From: Octopus vulgaris
Lineage: Eukaryota
Direction: 5' to 3'
Assembly (NCBI GenBank): GCA_951406725.2
Contig: OX597841.1
Location: 21,700,001-21,764,000 of the forward strand
Length of the DNA: 64,000 bases
The notes under the pieces were generated by a model, which was not told the DNA's origin, did not search any database, and was given only the letters and a program-made list of their open reading frames with translations. Shown one piece after another: positions 24,945 to 37,514 of this stretch. Position 1 is the stretch's first letter. Each line of letters begins with the position of its first letter. Both the position numbers and the translations under genes were made by a program.

Positions 24945-25150
24945 GTCTGTCTGTCTGTCTATCTATTTCTCTATCTATCTATCTGTCTGTCTGTCTGTCT
25001 ATCTATTTCTCTATCTATCTATCTGTCTGTCTGTCTGTCTATATATCTATCTATCTCTCTATCTATCTGTCTGTCTGTCTGTCTATCTATTTCTCTATCT
25101 ATCTATCTGTCTGTCTGTCTGTCTATATATCTATCTATCTGTCTATCAAT
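24810..25150. repeat. (TCTA/TCTG)n tetranucleotide repeat
   Basis: Direct reading; similar tract at 48100-48350. Confidence 0.9.
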
Positions 25151-25292
25151 ATACATGCTTGCCTAACTATATTATGTTATGTATACATGTCATATACATA
25201 ACATGCATGAATATATATTATGTAAAGTATATAGGTTATGTATATATATATATGTATGTATGTATGTGTTTATATTATGAATCTGTACTTAC

Positions 25293-25443
25293 AAAGTTTG
25301 ACATATCCATCTGTGAAGAATGTACCAAACTCTGCCATACCAGAACAAGGTTCCACGTTGAAGGATTTACTCTGGTCTTCTGTTATCTTCTTCTTGCTGA
25401 ATTTAATGTTCTTCAAGCATCCTATAAACTGTAGATTCATGTT
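25293..25443 (-). CDS. LanA: Laminin alpha exon, LG4 end (NMNLQFIGCLKNIKF...VEPCSGMAEFGTFFTDGYVKL)
   Basis: ttttcAG acceptor, GTaagt donor, phases 0/1, FIGCL motif. Confidence 0.92.
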
Positions 25444-26440
25444 CTGAAAAGGGAAACATTACGTCAGTGGGAGCATAGTAACTGGCTGTGTGTCACATTC
25501 ATCCATACATCCTCTGTATACACATAGTTATCTACACAAATATTTCTTTACTAGCCACAAGGGGCTAAACACAGAAGGGACAAACAAGGACAGACGAAGG
25601 GATTAAGTCGATTATATCGACCCCAGTGCGTAACTGGTACTTATTTAATCGACCCCGAAAGGATGAAAGGTAAAGTCGACCTCGGTGGAATTTGAACTCA
25701 GAACGTAGCGGCAGACAAATTACCTATTTATTTACTAGCCACAAGGGGCTAAACACAGAAGGGACAAACAAGGACAGACGAAGGGATTAAGTCGATTATA
25801 TCGACCCCAGTGCGTAACTGGTACTTATTTAATCGACCCCGAAAGGATGAAAGGTAAAGTCGACCTCGGTGGAATTTGAACTCAGAACGTAACGGCAGAC
25901 GAAATACCTATTTATTTACTAGCCACAAGGGGCTAAACACAGAAGGGACAAACAAGGACAGACGAAGGGATTAAGTCGATTATATCGACCCCAGTGCGTA
26001 ACTGGTACTTATTTAATCGACCCCGAAAGGATGAAAGGTAAAGTCGACCTCGGTGGAATTTGAACTCAGAACGTAGCGGCAGACAAATTACCTATTTATT
26101 TACTAGCCACAAGGGGCTAAACACAGAAGGGACAAACAAGGACAGACGAAGGGATTAAGTCGATTATATCGACCCCAGTGCGTAACTGGTACTTATTTAA
26201 TCGACCCCGAAAGGATGAAAGGTAAAGTCGACCTCGGCGGTATTTGAACTCAGAACGTAACGGCAGACGAAATACTGCTAAGCATTTCGCCCGACGTGCT
26301 AACGTTTCTGCAAGCTCGCCGCCTTTCTTGCAGTTCATACCAATACCTCATCATCATCATCGTCGTTGTTTAACATCTGCTTTCCATGCTGCTTTCCATG
26401 CTGGCATGGAGACGGTTTGCCCTTAAAATACTAACTTTAC

Positions 26441-26607
26441 TCAGGGGAAATGGACCCTGCCAGTTTCTGATTCTCTGGACTCAAACCGCCAAAGCTGTAT
26501 GTCCTGGTAATGTCCAGTGATGAGGTAGTTCCGGGAGATGTTGTCCGCAAGGCTTTGCCACTATCGATACTCATTGTTCCTTGTTTGTTGAATCGAAGAA
26601 TTGTCAC
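26441..26607 (-). CDS. LanA: Laminin alpha exon, LG4 (VTILRFNKQGTMSID...SPGTTSSLDI...FGGL); 3' boundary off by one base
   Basis: ttcAG acceptor, phase 0; donor GA|GTAAAG gives phase 2, which conflicts with the next exon. Confidence 0.85.
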
Positions 26608-27134
26608 CTGAAGAAATATTAACATTATTGGAAGAGGAAAAATGAAAAACACAGAAAATATTCAAACCTTTAGACTGAAATGGTAAAATGTCTGAGTGAA
26701 GGTGTTGCTAAAGACTTGTTGTTACCAAATATTTCTTTACTGCCCACAAGGGGCTAAACATAGAGGGGACAAACAAGGACAGACAAACGGATTAAGTCAA
26801 TTGCATCGACCCCAGTGCGAAACTGGTACTTAATTTATCGACCCCGAAAGGATGAAAGGCAAAGTCGACCTTGGCGGAATTTGAACTCAGAACGTAGCGA
26901 CAGACGAAATACCGCTAAGCATTTCGCCCGGCGTGCTAACGGTTCTGCCATCTGGTCCATAACATCCAGATAGGCGCAGGAGTGGCTGTGTGGTAAGTAG
27001 CTTGTTTACCAACCACATGGTTCCGGATTCAGTCCCACTGCGTGGCATCTTGGGCAAGGGTCTTCTACTATAGCCTCGGGTCGACCAATGCCTTGTGAGT
27101 GGATTTGGTAGACGGAAACTGAAAGAAGCCCGTC

Positions 27135-27175
<41 letters not shown>

Positions 27176-27577
27176 TGTGCGTGTTTGTGTGTCTGTGTTT
27201 GTCCCCCTAGCATTGCTTGACAACCGATGCTGGTGTGTTTATGTCCCCGTTACTTAGCGGTTCGGCAAAAGGAGACCGATAGAATAAGTACTGGGCTTAC
27301 AAAAGAATAAGTCCCGGGGTCGATTTGCTCGATTAAAGGCGGTGCTCCAGCATGGCCGCAGTCAAATGACTGAAACAAGTAAAAGAGTAAAGAGAGAGAT
27401 AACACAAAAAAAAATTATGACTTCAACCCATCTATTAGATATGCGTGCTTGTGTGTTTATATGAGCTTGTGCATATGTGCCTGTGTGTGCATGTATGTAT
27501 GTGTACATGTGTGTGTGTGTGTGCATGTGCGTTTCTATGCGAGTTTGTGTATATGCATCTGTGTGCATGCATGTTGC

Positions 27578-27617
<40 letters not shown>

Positions 27618-27953
27618 TTGTGTGTTTATGCATGCATGTTTGTGTACATGCACGTGAGCACATGGATGTGAGCACATGTGGCTGCCTGTGTGAGTGTTTG
27701 TATGTTTGTTTGTTTGTGTGTGCCTCTATACATGCACATATCTGCATGCACGTGCAACAGAGCACATGCATACATGTGTGTGTGCACGGGTGTATATTTT
27801 CCAGCATGTTTGCTTGTATGTGCATGTATGTGTGTATACATGCATACGCGTGCACGTGAGGGTGTATGGTTGCCAGTGTTTGCATGTATGTGTGTGTGCA
27901 TGGTTACCCATGTGCATGTTTTGCGGATGCATGTGTGCATCTCCATGACTCAC

Positions 27954-28143
27954 CTTATGCCATTTTCCATCATTATATGCACTGGTTGATCTGAGGGTGG
28001 CAACTCCACTTCCGCAGTTGTAGGAGAAACGCACCTCTCCACCTTTCAGGTAGACACTAATAAAGTCTCTATGGTTTTTGTCAGCAGCATAGAGTAGCAC
28101 GCCATCTGGTGTCATTGTCTGGAACTCAATGGACAAGTGGTTC
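27954..28143 (-). CDS. LanA: Laminin alpha exon, LG4 (NHLSIEFQT...DFISVYLKGG...YNDGKWHK)
   Basis: Phases 2/0, GTgagt donor, YNDGKWH motif. Confidence 0.93.
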
Positions 28144-28704
28144 CTTATGGTGGTGGTAGCGGGAGGAGAAGAAGAAAAATTAAGGATTGTGGTTACAAAT
28201 ACATAAATATATATTTCTTTATTGCCCACAAGGGGCTAAACATAGACGGGACAAACAAGGACAGACAAAGGGATTAAGTCAATTACATCGACCCCAGTGC
28301 GTAACTGGTACTTAATTTATCGACCCCGAAAGGATGAAAGGCAAAGTCGACCTTGGCGGAATTTGAACTCAGAACTCAGACCTTCGAAACGTGGAGTAGA
28401 TGAAATTAAGGCGACTGAAAAGGGGAATTTTCCTTGTTTTGTATGTCCTGTACTCTATTTTTTCGTTGTTTAAGAAAAATGTCCATTTCCTTGGGTTTTG
28501 TGTTTATGTTTTCGTTTCTCATTGTGTTCGACGTTTTTTTGGTGTCCTGTACCCATATATGCATGTATATATACATGTAGAGGTAGGTACGTACATATAT
28601 GTATGTATATATGCATATATTTTATTTATTTATTAATTTATTATATGACAGAACGCACGCATCCCTTTCTAAGTAAGATCGTTCTTAATACACACACACA
28701 CATA

Positions 28705-28748
<44 letters not shown>

Positions 28749-28873
28749 TATTTACAGAAACTTAGAAATAATAATATTTCTATTTTTGAAAACCAGTAGA
28801 TGTATTCCACTGAAATTAGGTAAATAATCCTTCGAACAGACGGTCAGCAGTGACGCTTGCTGGGTTTGGCTAC

Positions 28874-28916
28874 TCTGCATTGATAAAGGGCAAATACCCT
28901 GAAACTACTCTGCAGA
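28874..28916 (+). ncRNA. Fossil hammerhead motif
   Basis: tctgca-TTGATAA-aggg-caaata-ccct-GAAA-ctac-TC-tgcaga: stems I and II perfect, core has two transitions. Confidence 0.45.
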
Positions 28917-29211
28917 TGCCTGACCAGCAAGGGGAAGTGGCTGACCTCCCCTGTTTGAAGGTTATAATGGACACAGGTTCATGTGTCACATAGCTAGCTA
29001 GATGTGATGACCCCTTTGAGCTAATCAACGGCAGCTCTAGTCCTATATTTATGGACTGCCATATTAACTTGCCAATAACTGTTAATATCCAGTACTGCTG
29101 CCGTAGTCACCTTTAGAGAGACTTAGAAATAATTATATTTCTATATATAAATACATATACTGGCGGTGCCCCAGCATGGTCATAGCTCGTGAGCTGAAAC
29201 TAGATAAAATA

Positions 29212-29242
<31 letters not shown>

Positions 29243-29332
29243 CATATATAATATATGCAATAATCCCTTGACTTTCGTGGGTGTTACATACATACATACA
29301 TACATTCACACACACACACACACACATATATA

Positions 29333-29395
<63 letters not shown>

Positions 29396-29513
29396 GTATA
29401 TATCAATATATATATATATAAAGTTAATCCAAACATGAAAACACAACAACGTGAGGACGTGGAACAAGTATAGTAGTTATTGGGCGCTCAGGAAAGGAAA
29501 GAAAGAAGGAGGA

Positions 29514-29620
29514 CTTAACGTTTCGAGCGGAGCTCTTCGTCAGAAACATAGGTAAAGGGAAGATCCAAGGAAGGGAAGAGGGAGGGTTTTACATTTCGAG
29601 CGGAGCTCTTCGTCGGAAAC
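29514..29620 (-). ncRNA. Tandem pair of minimal hammerhead motifs (family 3)
   Basis: gttt-C(C)GACGA-a-gagc-tcc-gctc-GAAA-tg-TA-aaac followed by gttt-CTGACGA-a-gagc-tcc-gctc-GAAA-cgt-TA. Confidence 0.6.
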
Positions 29621-29914
29621 ATAGGAAAAGGGAAGATGGAGGAAAATATCGCCAACGGTACACACGTGGTCACATTTAGTTCTGGGCATTTCTTTAAAGT
29701 CACAGGATCCTGGTTCTGGAGTTCCGTGGTTTTGAGAAGTATGGGACCACCACTTAACAACTATTGTTCTCAAGCCTGGAGCAGGAACACCAGACAAGGT
29801 CTCCCCCCACCCCACCCCAACCCATCCAAGCCAAGGTATGTTGCAACCATGGGCTGCAACATGGTGGATCTAATGAAATAAATTAAGTGAGGAAAGAAAT
29901 AAGAAAATCCTTAC

Positions 29915-30062
29915 TTTCTGTTGTTCTTGTTGCGAATGTTTACTTCCCATCGACTGGCATTAGATGTGGCCCCGAATCTGTGTCCTGATGCTGAATAGGA
30001 ATCTGCTGCAGCAGGGACTTTGGGAAGGGCACACTGTCCTGGAGGTAACGTGGGTGGTGGTG
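29915..30062 (-). CDS. LanA: Laminin alpha exon, LG3-LG4 hinge (TPPPTLPPGQCALP...GHRFG...SRWE)
   Basis: AG/GT boundaries, phases 1/2. Confidence 0.9.
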
Positions 30063-30090
30063 CTGAAATAGATAATTAAATAGATATACA

Positions 30091-30466
30091 TCTCTCTATA
30101 TATAAACGGCAGTTTGTCTGTGTGTGTTTCTGTGTGTCTGTTTGCTTGTACCCTCACCCTGACCACGGCTTTCAACCGATTCTGATGAAACTTGACACAA
30201 ACATAGCCCAATGTCATAATTCAAAACTAACGCAGAGAAAATTTTGAAAAGTTCCCCCAGTTCTGAAAAAAATCGATAAATTCGACATGGGGTCGACAAT
30301 CAGAAACACAAACCACAGACTGTCTAGGGGACACAACTCGGCCGTTTTAACTCTCAAAAAAAAATTTACCATAATTTTTTTTTCCATTTTTTTGGCTATA
30401 ACTCTCTAAAAATGCTTTATAGTTATTTCCCTTACAAACCCGAGCAACGCCGGGCGATACTGCTAG
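30091..30466 (+). mobile_element. Non-autonomous Helitron (different 5' part, shared 3' end)
   Basis: A|TC start, hairpin cccgagcaacgccggg, CTAG|T end. Confidence 0.8.
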
Positions 30467-30898
30467 TACATATATAAAATATTATATTACATCAGGTTGG
30501 CAAGCTGGCAAAATCGTTTGCACGCCGGGCGAAATGCAGAAAAAAACTGTAGTTTACTATCAGGGAGAGAATTATATTATCAATAATAATAAAGGGTAAA
30601 ATTAATTAATTAATTAAAAAATTAATAATTTTACCAAGTGCTCTCAAATCTCAAATCTTGAATTACTGTACTGAAGAGAGACAATTTCATCAATGTGAAT
30701 CTATCTTAAGATAATGATCATGCGCAGGCAAAAAACTCGATGACTTCCAGTATGTAAGTTGTTCAGGGTTATAAGTTGGCATAAGGTGGTGAGCTGGCAG
30801 AACCGTTAGCACCTTGGGCAAGTGTCTTCTACTATAGCCTCGGGCCGACCAAAGCCTTGTGAGTGGATTTGGTAGACGGAAACTGAAAGAAGCCCGTC

Positions 30899-30937
<39 letters not shown>

Positions 30938-31467
30938 CGCAGGAATAGCTGTGTAGTAAGTAGCTTGTTTACCAACCACATGGTTCTGGGTTCAGTCCTA
31001 CTGCGTGGCACCTTGGGCAAGTGTCTTCTACTACAGCCTCAGACCAACTAAAGCCTTGTGAGTGGATTTGGTAGACGGAAACTGAAAGAAGCCTGTCGTA
31101 TATATATGTATGTGTATGTGTGTGTGTTTGTGTGTCTGTGTTTGTCCCTCTAGCATTGCTTGACAACCGATGCTGGTGTGTTTATGTCCCCGTCACTTAG
31201 CAGTTCTGCAAAAGAGACCGATAGAATAAGTACTGGGCTTACAAAAAGAATAAGTGCCGGGGTCGAGTTGCTCGATTAAAAGGCGGTGCTCCAGCATGGC
31301 CGCAGTCAAAAGACTGAAACAAGTAAAAGAGAGAACCCCTTAAAACAGCCTGTTTTTTGGTATTTAAAATCAATTTTTAACTTCCTTGCATCAGTAAATT
31401 TAGTCACGGTTGGTGACTTCTTCAGAATTTCAGAATATCAAAATCAAAAGAATCATGGAGTACTTAC

Positions 31468-31571
31468 TGGCTGGAACGACTGATGTTGATGGCACTGTGG
31501 TTGATATGTCCAGGGGACAGATGTTTACCCTCACACCGGGACTGTGTTTGGCTGTGGCAAAATTAAAGAAT
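31468..31571 (-). CDS. LanA: Laminin alpha exon, LG3 end (FFNFATAKHSPGVRVNICP...)
   Basis: AG/GT boundaries, phases 2/1. Confidence 0.9.
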
Positions 31572-31679
31572 CTACAAAGAAGAAAGCAACATTAATCATT
31601 ATTACTGTTGTTGTTATTATTATCATTATTATTATTATTGCTATTATTATTATTTATTATTATTATTATTATTATACAC

Positions 31680-32396
31680 AGGGGCAGTGTACATAGGGAT
31701 AGTGTACTCAGGGACAGTGTCCTTAGGGACTGTGTACTTAGGGACAGTGTACTTAGGGACAGTGTACTTGGGACAGTGTACATAGGGGCAGTGTACATAG
31801 TGTACTTAGGGACAGTGTACATAGGGACCGTGTACTTAGGGACAGTGTACATAGGGATAGTGTACACAGGGACAGTGTACATAGGGACAGTGTACTTAGG
31901 GACAGTGTACTTAGGGACAGTGTACTTAGGGACAGTGTACATAGGGATAGTGTACTCAGGGACAGTGTACTAGGAGACAGTGTACCTGGGGACAGTATAC
32001 TTAAGGACAGTGTACATAGGGATAGTGTACACAGGGACCATGTACTTAGGGACATTGTACTTTGGGACAGTGTACTTAGGGACAGTGTACACAGGGCAGT
32101 GTACATAGGGATAGTATATATTGGGACCGTGTACTTAGGGACACAGTGTGCTTAGAGATAGTGTACTTAGGGTTTGTGTACATAAGGACAGTGTACATAA
32201 GAACGTGTTTAGAGGTAAAGTGTATTTAGACAGTGTGTTTAGAGATACAATGTATTTAGATTGCAGAGTCAATGTACTTATTGAGACAGTGTATTAAGAG
32301 GCACAATGTATTTTGAGAGAAAGTGTATTAAGAGGCACAATGTATTTTGAGAGATATTATACTTAGAGACAGTGTATTTAGAAAGAAAGTGTACTT
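31680..32396. repeat. 15-bp minisatellite gggacagtgtac(t/a)ta, decaying rightwards
   Basis: Direct reading; fills most of the intron. Confidence 0.9.
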
Positions 32397-32398
32397 AC

Positions 32399-32706
32399 AG
32401 GCCATTTATAGTAACGTCTTCTATACAACCATAGAACTGAACATCTGGTACACCTCCAGGGAGGCTAATATCTTCAGGTATGCCACCAAAGTACAGTTGT
32501 ACATCTGCGTTCAGTCCTGTTGTGGCAAGGCCGACTGCCATATCGACGTCGTTGATGTTGAGGGTCAGCTCCTGGCCATCTTGCACCACAGAGATGTAGT
32601 GCCAGCTGCCGTCGTTGTAGTTACCGATCTTACTTTTCACCTCCGGTCCATTGTCTCGTACTACTGTGATGTGACCGGATGAGACGAATATGGCCAGATA
32701 CCGCCT
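32399..32706 (-). CDS. LanA: Laminin alpha exon, LG3 (YLAIFVSSG...YNDGSWH...LYFGG...FYGCIEDV)
   Basis: AG/GT boundaries, phases 0/2, LG motifs. Confidence 0.94.
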
Positions 32707-33737
32707 CTGTTGATGGTGGTGGGGGAAAGAGAGAGAGAAGTAAGAGGTTAGAGTAATGTAAGTAGAAGTAGGGAGAGAAATGAGGGTGATAGTGAAGAAA
32801 AGGAAACACAAGAGTGAGTGAGAGTAGGAGGAAGGGGAAACAAAGGAGGGTGAGAGAGAGAGGGAAATAGATAGAGAGAGAAAGGGCTTTCCAAGAATTC
32901 CGTCTATTTATCATCTACTTATACATTTTGAAGGTGCATGGCTCAGTGGTTAGAGCATCGAGCTTACGATCATGAGGTTGTGAGCTCGACTCCCGGACCG
33001 GGCTGTGTGTTGTGTTCTTGAGCAAGACACCTTATTTCACGTTGCTCCAGTTCACTCAGCCTTAGAAATGAGTTGCAGTTTCACAGGTGCCAAGCTGTAT
33101 CGGCCCCTTTGCCTTTCCCTTGGATAACACTGGTGGCGTGGAGAGGGGAGGCCGGTATGCATGGGCGACTGCTGGTCTTCCATAAAAAAAAACCAACCTT
33201 GCCCAGACTTGTGACTAGGAGGGCTTACAAAGAATAAGTCCTGGGGTCAATTTGCTCAACTAAAGGCGGTGCTCTAGCATGGCCGCAGTCAAATGACTGA
33301 AACCAGTAAAAGAGTAAAAGAGAGTATGTGTGTGTGTTTGTGTATCAATTATTAGCAAAGGAAGCCATATTAGTACCAAAAGGTAATCTTTGAATCCAAC
33401 TTAATGTGGATGTCTTGTTAGAACACACAATACGGTGTCATTAGCCTTGAGAGATCCTCTCGAACAGGCACTCGGTGCATAAAAGCCCACACAGATAGAC
33501 TGTAACAGACTAGAACAGTTGTGTCATGGGTGTTGAAAGTCCCACATCCTGAGATTTCTTTCTAGTGGAACTCATCAGTTGGAGGCATCCGGTCACTGTA
33601 TGCCAGCAGTAAAATCTTGTTGCTATGATACAAAGAATATCAACATCATTTCAGACACTGATGTTGTAAGTAGCCATCAATCAGGTTTATTGACAATTAA
33701 TTATAAGTGGTGGAAGTCATATTGGCACCAAAATGAA

Positions 33738-34129
33738 TGAGAGAAAGGGGAGGGAGAGAGAGGAGTCAGGTAGGGGGAGAGGGACACAGACAGACAGACA
33801 GAGGGAGAGAGACAGAAAGAGAGAGGGAGGAAGGGAGAGAAAGGGAAAAAGAGGGGAGAGAGACAGAGAGAGAAAGGGAGAGACAGAGGGAGAGAGAGAC
33901 AGAGAGAGAAAGGGAGAGAGAGGAGAGAGAGAAAGCGAGAGACAGAAAGGGAAAGGGAGAGAGAGGAGAGAGAGAAAGCGAGAGACAGAGGGAGAGAGAG
34001 AGAAAGGGAGGGAGAGGGAGGGAGAGAGAGCGAGAGACAGAGGGAGAGAGACAGAGAGAGAAAGGGAGAGAGAGAGCGAGAGAGAGAAACAGAGGGAGAG
34101 CGAGACAGAGAGAGAGAGAGAGACAGAGC

Positions 34130-34171
<42 letters not shown>

Positions 34172-34195
34172 CAGAGAAAGAGAGAAAGGGAGAGA
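33738..34195. repeat. (GA)n-rich purine tract
   Basis: Direct reading. Confidence 0.9.
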
Positions 34196-34374
34196 TTTGA
34201 AACTTTTGCGTGGTGAAAGGAAAGACAAGAAGACAAAGAAGAAACCAGAAACAGAGAGGAGGAGGAGGAGAATGCAATAAAAATAATTAAAAAAGCAGGT
34301 GAGAAGAGGGCTTAATTAACGAATTAATTAAATTCAACGATAACAGTGTCGAAAAAAAGTTCACTAATTACATG

Positions 34375-34940
34375 GATGGAAGCACTCTATCGGTTACGAC
34401 GACGAAGATTCCGGTTGATCCGAATCAACGGAACAGCCTGCTCGTGAAATTAACGTGTAAGTGGCTGAGTACTCCACAGACACGTGTACCCTTAACGTAG
34501 TTCTCGGGGATCTTCAGCGTGACACAGAGAGTGACAAGGCCGGCCCCTTGAAATACAGGTACAACAGAAACAGGAAGTAAGAATGAGAGAAAGTTGTGGT
34601 GAGCAGGGAGCGGAATGGAGTTGTGGTTACGACGACGAGGGTTCCGGTTGATCCGAATCAACGGAACAGCCTGCTCGTGAAATTAACGTGTAAGTGGCTG
34701 AGCACTCCACAGACACGTGCACCCTCGTAGTTCTCGGGGACAGCGTGATACAGAGAGTGACAAGGCCTTGAAATACAGGTACAACAGAAACAGGAAGCCT
34801 CACCACCATCCCCTGCCGGAGCCTTGGAGCTTTAGGTGTTTTCGCTCAATAAACACTCACAACGCCCGGTCTGGGAATCGAAACTGCGATCCTATGACCG
34901 CGAGTCCGCTACCCTAACCACTGGGCCATTGTGCCTCCAC
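34375..34940 (-). mobile_element. tRNA(Arg)-like SINE family E (octopus OR-type) with duplicated 3' part
   Basis: Head gtggaggcacaatggcccagtggttaggg...ggactcgcgg...gtttcgattccc; related copies 39752-40020(+), 54705-54963(-), 12048-12550(+). Confidence 0.7.
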
Positions 34941-34960
34941 ACTAATTACATATTACTCAC

Positions 34961-35113
34961 CTCATTAGAAGGAGACTGTGCAAACATTAATAAACCATCG
35001 GACTGTTCTGTTCGGATCTTCATCGTTAGGTGGAAGCGAGGGCTGGTGGTCATTTCCAGGTATTTGGTTACGTAGTTCTTACCTGGAGGTGGGAAGTTCA
35101 CCCCTCGGGCAAT
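34961..35113 (-). CDS. LanA: Laminin alpha exon, LG3 start (IARGVNFPPPG...MKIRTEQSDGLLMFA)
   Basis: AG/GT boundaries, phases 0/0. Confidence 0.9.
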
Positions 35114-35167
35114 CTGGTTGGGTGGGTGGGAATGAATGGGTAGCAGTGCGTTTGTTGTAGTAGGGTA

Positions 35168-35767
35168 GTTGTGGTGGTGGTGGAAATGGTGACGATGATG
35201 GTTGTGGTGATGGTGGTAGTGGTGGTGGTAATGGTCACAATGATGGTTGTGGTGGTAGTGGTAGTGGTGGTGGCAATGGTGACGATGATGGTTGTGGTGA
35301 TTGTGGTAGTGGTGGTGGTAATGGTAACGATGATGGTTGTGGTGATGGTGGTGGTGGTGATGGTGGTTGTTATAATGGTAGTGTTGGTGGCGATGGTGGT
35401 TGTGGTGATTGTGGTAGTGGTGGTGGTAATGGTCACAATGATGGTGGTAGTGGTAGTGGTGGTGGCAATGGTGACGATGATGGTTGTGGTGATGGTGGTA
35501 GTGGTGGTGGTAATGGTCACAATGATGGTTGTGGTGATGGTGGTAGTGGTGATTGTTGTTATAATGGTAGTGTTGGTGGCGATGGTGGTTGTGGTGATTG
35601 TGGTGGTGGTGGTGGCAGCGATGATGGTTGTGGCATTGGTGGCGGCGGTGGTAGTGATTGTGGTGGCGGCCATGGTGGTTGTGTTGACAGTGATGGAAGT
35701 TGTAGCGGTAACGGTGGTTGTGGTGGTGGTTGTGGTGGTGGTTGTGGTGGTGGTTGTGGTGGTGGTG
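35168..35767 (-). repeat. Degenerate (ACC)n trinucleotide tract
   Basis: ggtggtgat-type triplets on + strand. Confidence 0.9.
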
Positions 35768-36025
35768 AAGGCAAGTGTTTGGGGACAGGTGAAAGGGGAC
35801 AGATTTAAAAAAAGAAGGAAAAGAAAGAATGATTTAGTGGAGATAATCATTGATGGTACAAATAATTTAACAATTTATTATACTATTATTATTATAGTAG
35901 TAGTAGTAGTAGCAGTAGTAATTATTCTATCAGTCCCTTTAGTTGAACCGTTAAGTTATGAGGATGTAAACACACCAACACCAGTTGTCGAGCAGTGATG
36001 GGGGAGGGACAAACACAGACATAAA

Positions 36026-36210
36026 TCATTCATCATTGTTCGACCGTGGTTGAGACAATGGAATTTGCCATGCTACACCAGACTTCATGGTCCATCATGG
36101 CATTACGGAGGTCCTGTTGCTGGATGCCTGTATCCCTGGGGATTACATCAGGGTAGGAGAGTGTGCGCCCTCTGGTGTCGCGAGCAGATGGCTTCCAGAG
36201 GAGAAGAGTA
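36026..36210 (-). mobile_element. RTE-group LINE 3' fragment
   Basis: Minus frame GRTLSYPDVIPRDTGIQQQDLRNAMMDHEVW..., resembling RTE-group C-termini. Confidence 0.5.
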
Positions 36211-36296
36211 GGGCAAGTGTCTTCTACTATAGCCTCGGGCCGACCAAAGCCTTGTGAGTGGATTTGGTAGACGGAAACTGAAAGAAGCCCGTCGTA

Positions 36297-36396
<100 letters not shown>

Positions 36397-36621
36397 TGTT
36401 TGTGCCCCTAGCATTGCTTGACAACTGATGCTGGTGTGTTTATGTCCCCGTCACTTAGCGGTTCGGCAAAAAGAGGCCGATAGAATAAGTACTGGGCTTA
36501 CAAAGAATAAGTCCCAGGGGTCAAGCTGCTCGATTAAAGGCGGTACTCCAGCATGGCCGCAGTCGAATGACTGAAACAAGTAAAAGAGTAAAGAGTAAAG
36601 GAGAGTAAAGCGAGGACTCAC

Positions 36622-36739
36622 CTGTTCTGGACAACCTGGAATAACTTTGTGAGCCAGAATTCTGTTTTCAAATCCTGTGCTGTCTGTGTTAAACTGTAGG
36701 CTCTTTATACAACCATTGAAACCAAAATTTGATAAATTG
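36622..36739 (-). CDS. LanA: Laminin alpha exon, LG2 end (GFNGCIKSLQF...VIPGCPEQ)
   Basis: AG/GT boundaries, phases 2/0. Confidence 0.92.
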
Positions 36740-36773
36740 CTTTAATAAAGAAGAAAATAGGGGGTGAAATTAA

Positions 36774-37171
36774 TCTTTATATATAAAAGTGAAGTTGTGT
36801 GTCTGTCTCCTACGATTTAGATTCCTAACTACTCCCATATTTTGCGGTGCAGTTTAACCAAAACTGGGTATCTTATAGTCGTGATTCATATCAAGCCCTT
36901 CTGGGTATTAGCGCGCGTCTACGATGAGTCTACGATTTAAAAAAAAATTTACCATAATTTTTTTCCATTTTAATGCATTTTTCGCTATTATATAAGGGAA
37001 GTAACTCTCTAAAAATGTCTATGATGAGTCAACGATTTAAAAAAAATTTACCATCATTTTTTTCCCATTTTTAATGCATTTTTTTGCTATTTTTTGGCTA
37101 TAACTCTCTAAAAATGCTTATATAGTTATTTCCCTTACAAACCCGAGCAACACCGGGCGATACTCTGCTAG
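36774..37171 (+). mobile_element. Non-autonomous Helitron (same family as 15185-15477)
   Basis: A|TC start, hairpin, CTAG|T end; further 3' fragment at ~38592-38688. Confidence 0.8.
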
Positions 37172-37318
37172 TATATATATATAAACCTAATAATGATGAT
37201 GGTGATAAACATAGATGCACATAGAGATATAAGCATGTGCAAATGAAGACATACAATAGCAATACAAAATGGCTGACGGTTAGTAAGGAGAGACACAAAT
37301 AAGAAACAAGAAAACAAA

Positions 37319-37363
37319 GGACCACTGATGAGGTCACAGGAGTGTGACGAAAGAACTTTGGCC
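37319..37363 (+). ncRNA. Minimal hammerhead motif (family 4), left arm of inverted pair
   Basis: ggacca-CTGATGA-g-gtcac-aggagt-gtgac-GAAA-gaac-TT-tggcc. Confidence 0.65.
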
Positions 37364-37475
37364 GAAATAAGATTAAGATTAATGTAAAAAATAAATAACA
37401 CTGAAGCAAAGTAACACCAAATATGTAGTGCGTGTGTTTTTATTGGCTAAATTGGCAAAATGACCATTCCAAAAT

Positions 37476-37514
<39 letters not shown>

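Noticed and set aside
26437-26439. Stop read-through or A-to-I recoding of TAA to rescue the laminin frame
   Set aside because: Even with read-through the next GT (A|GTTAGT) is phase 1, so editing does not fix the junction
35098-35850. Thr-rich mucin-like laminin linker exon
   Set aside because: Not in frame with exon 34961-35113, lies between LG2 and LG3, and flanking exons already join in phase
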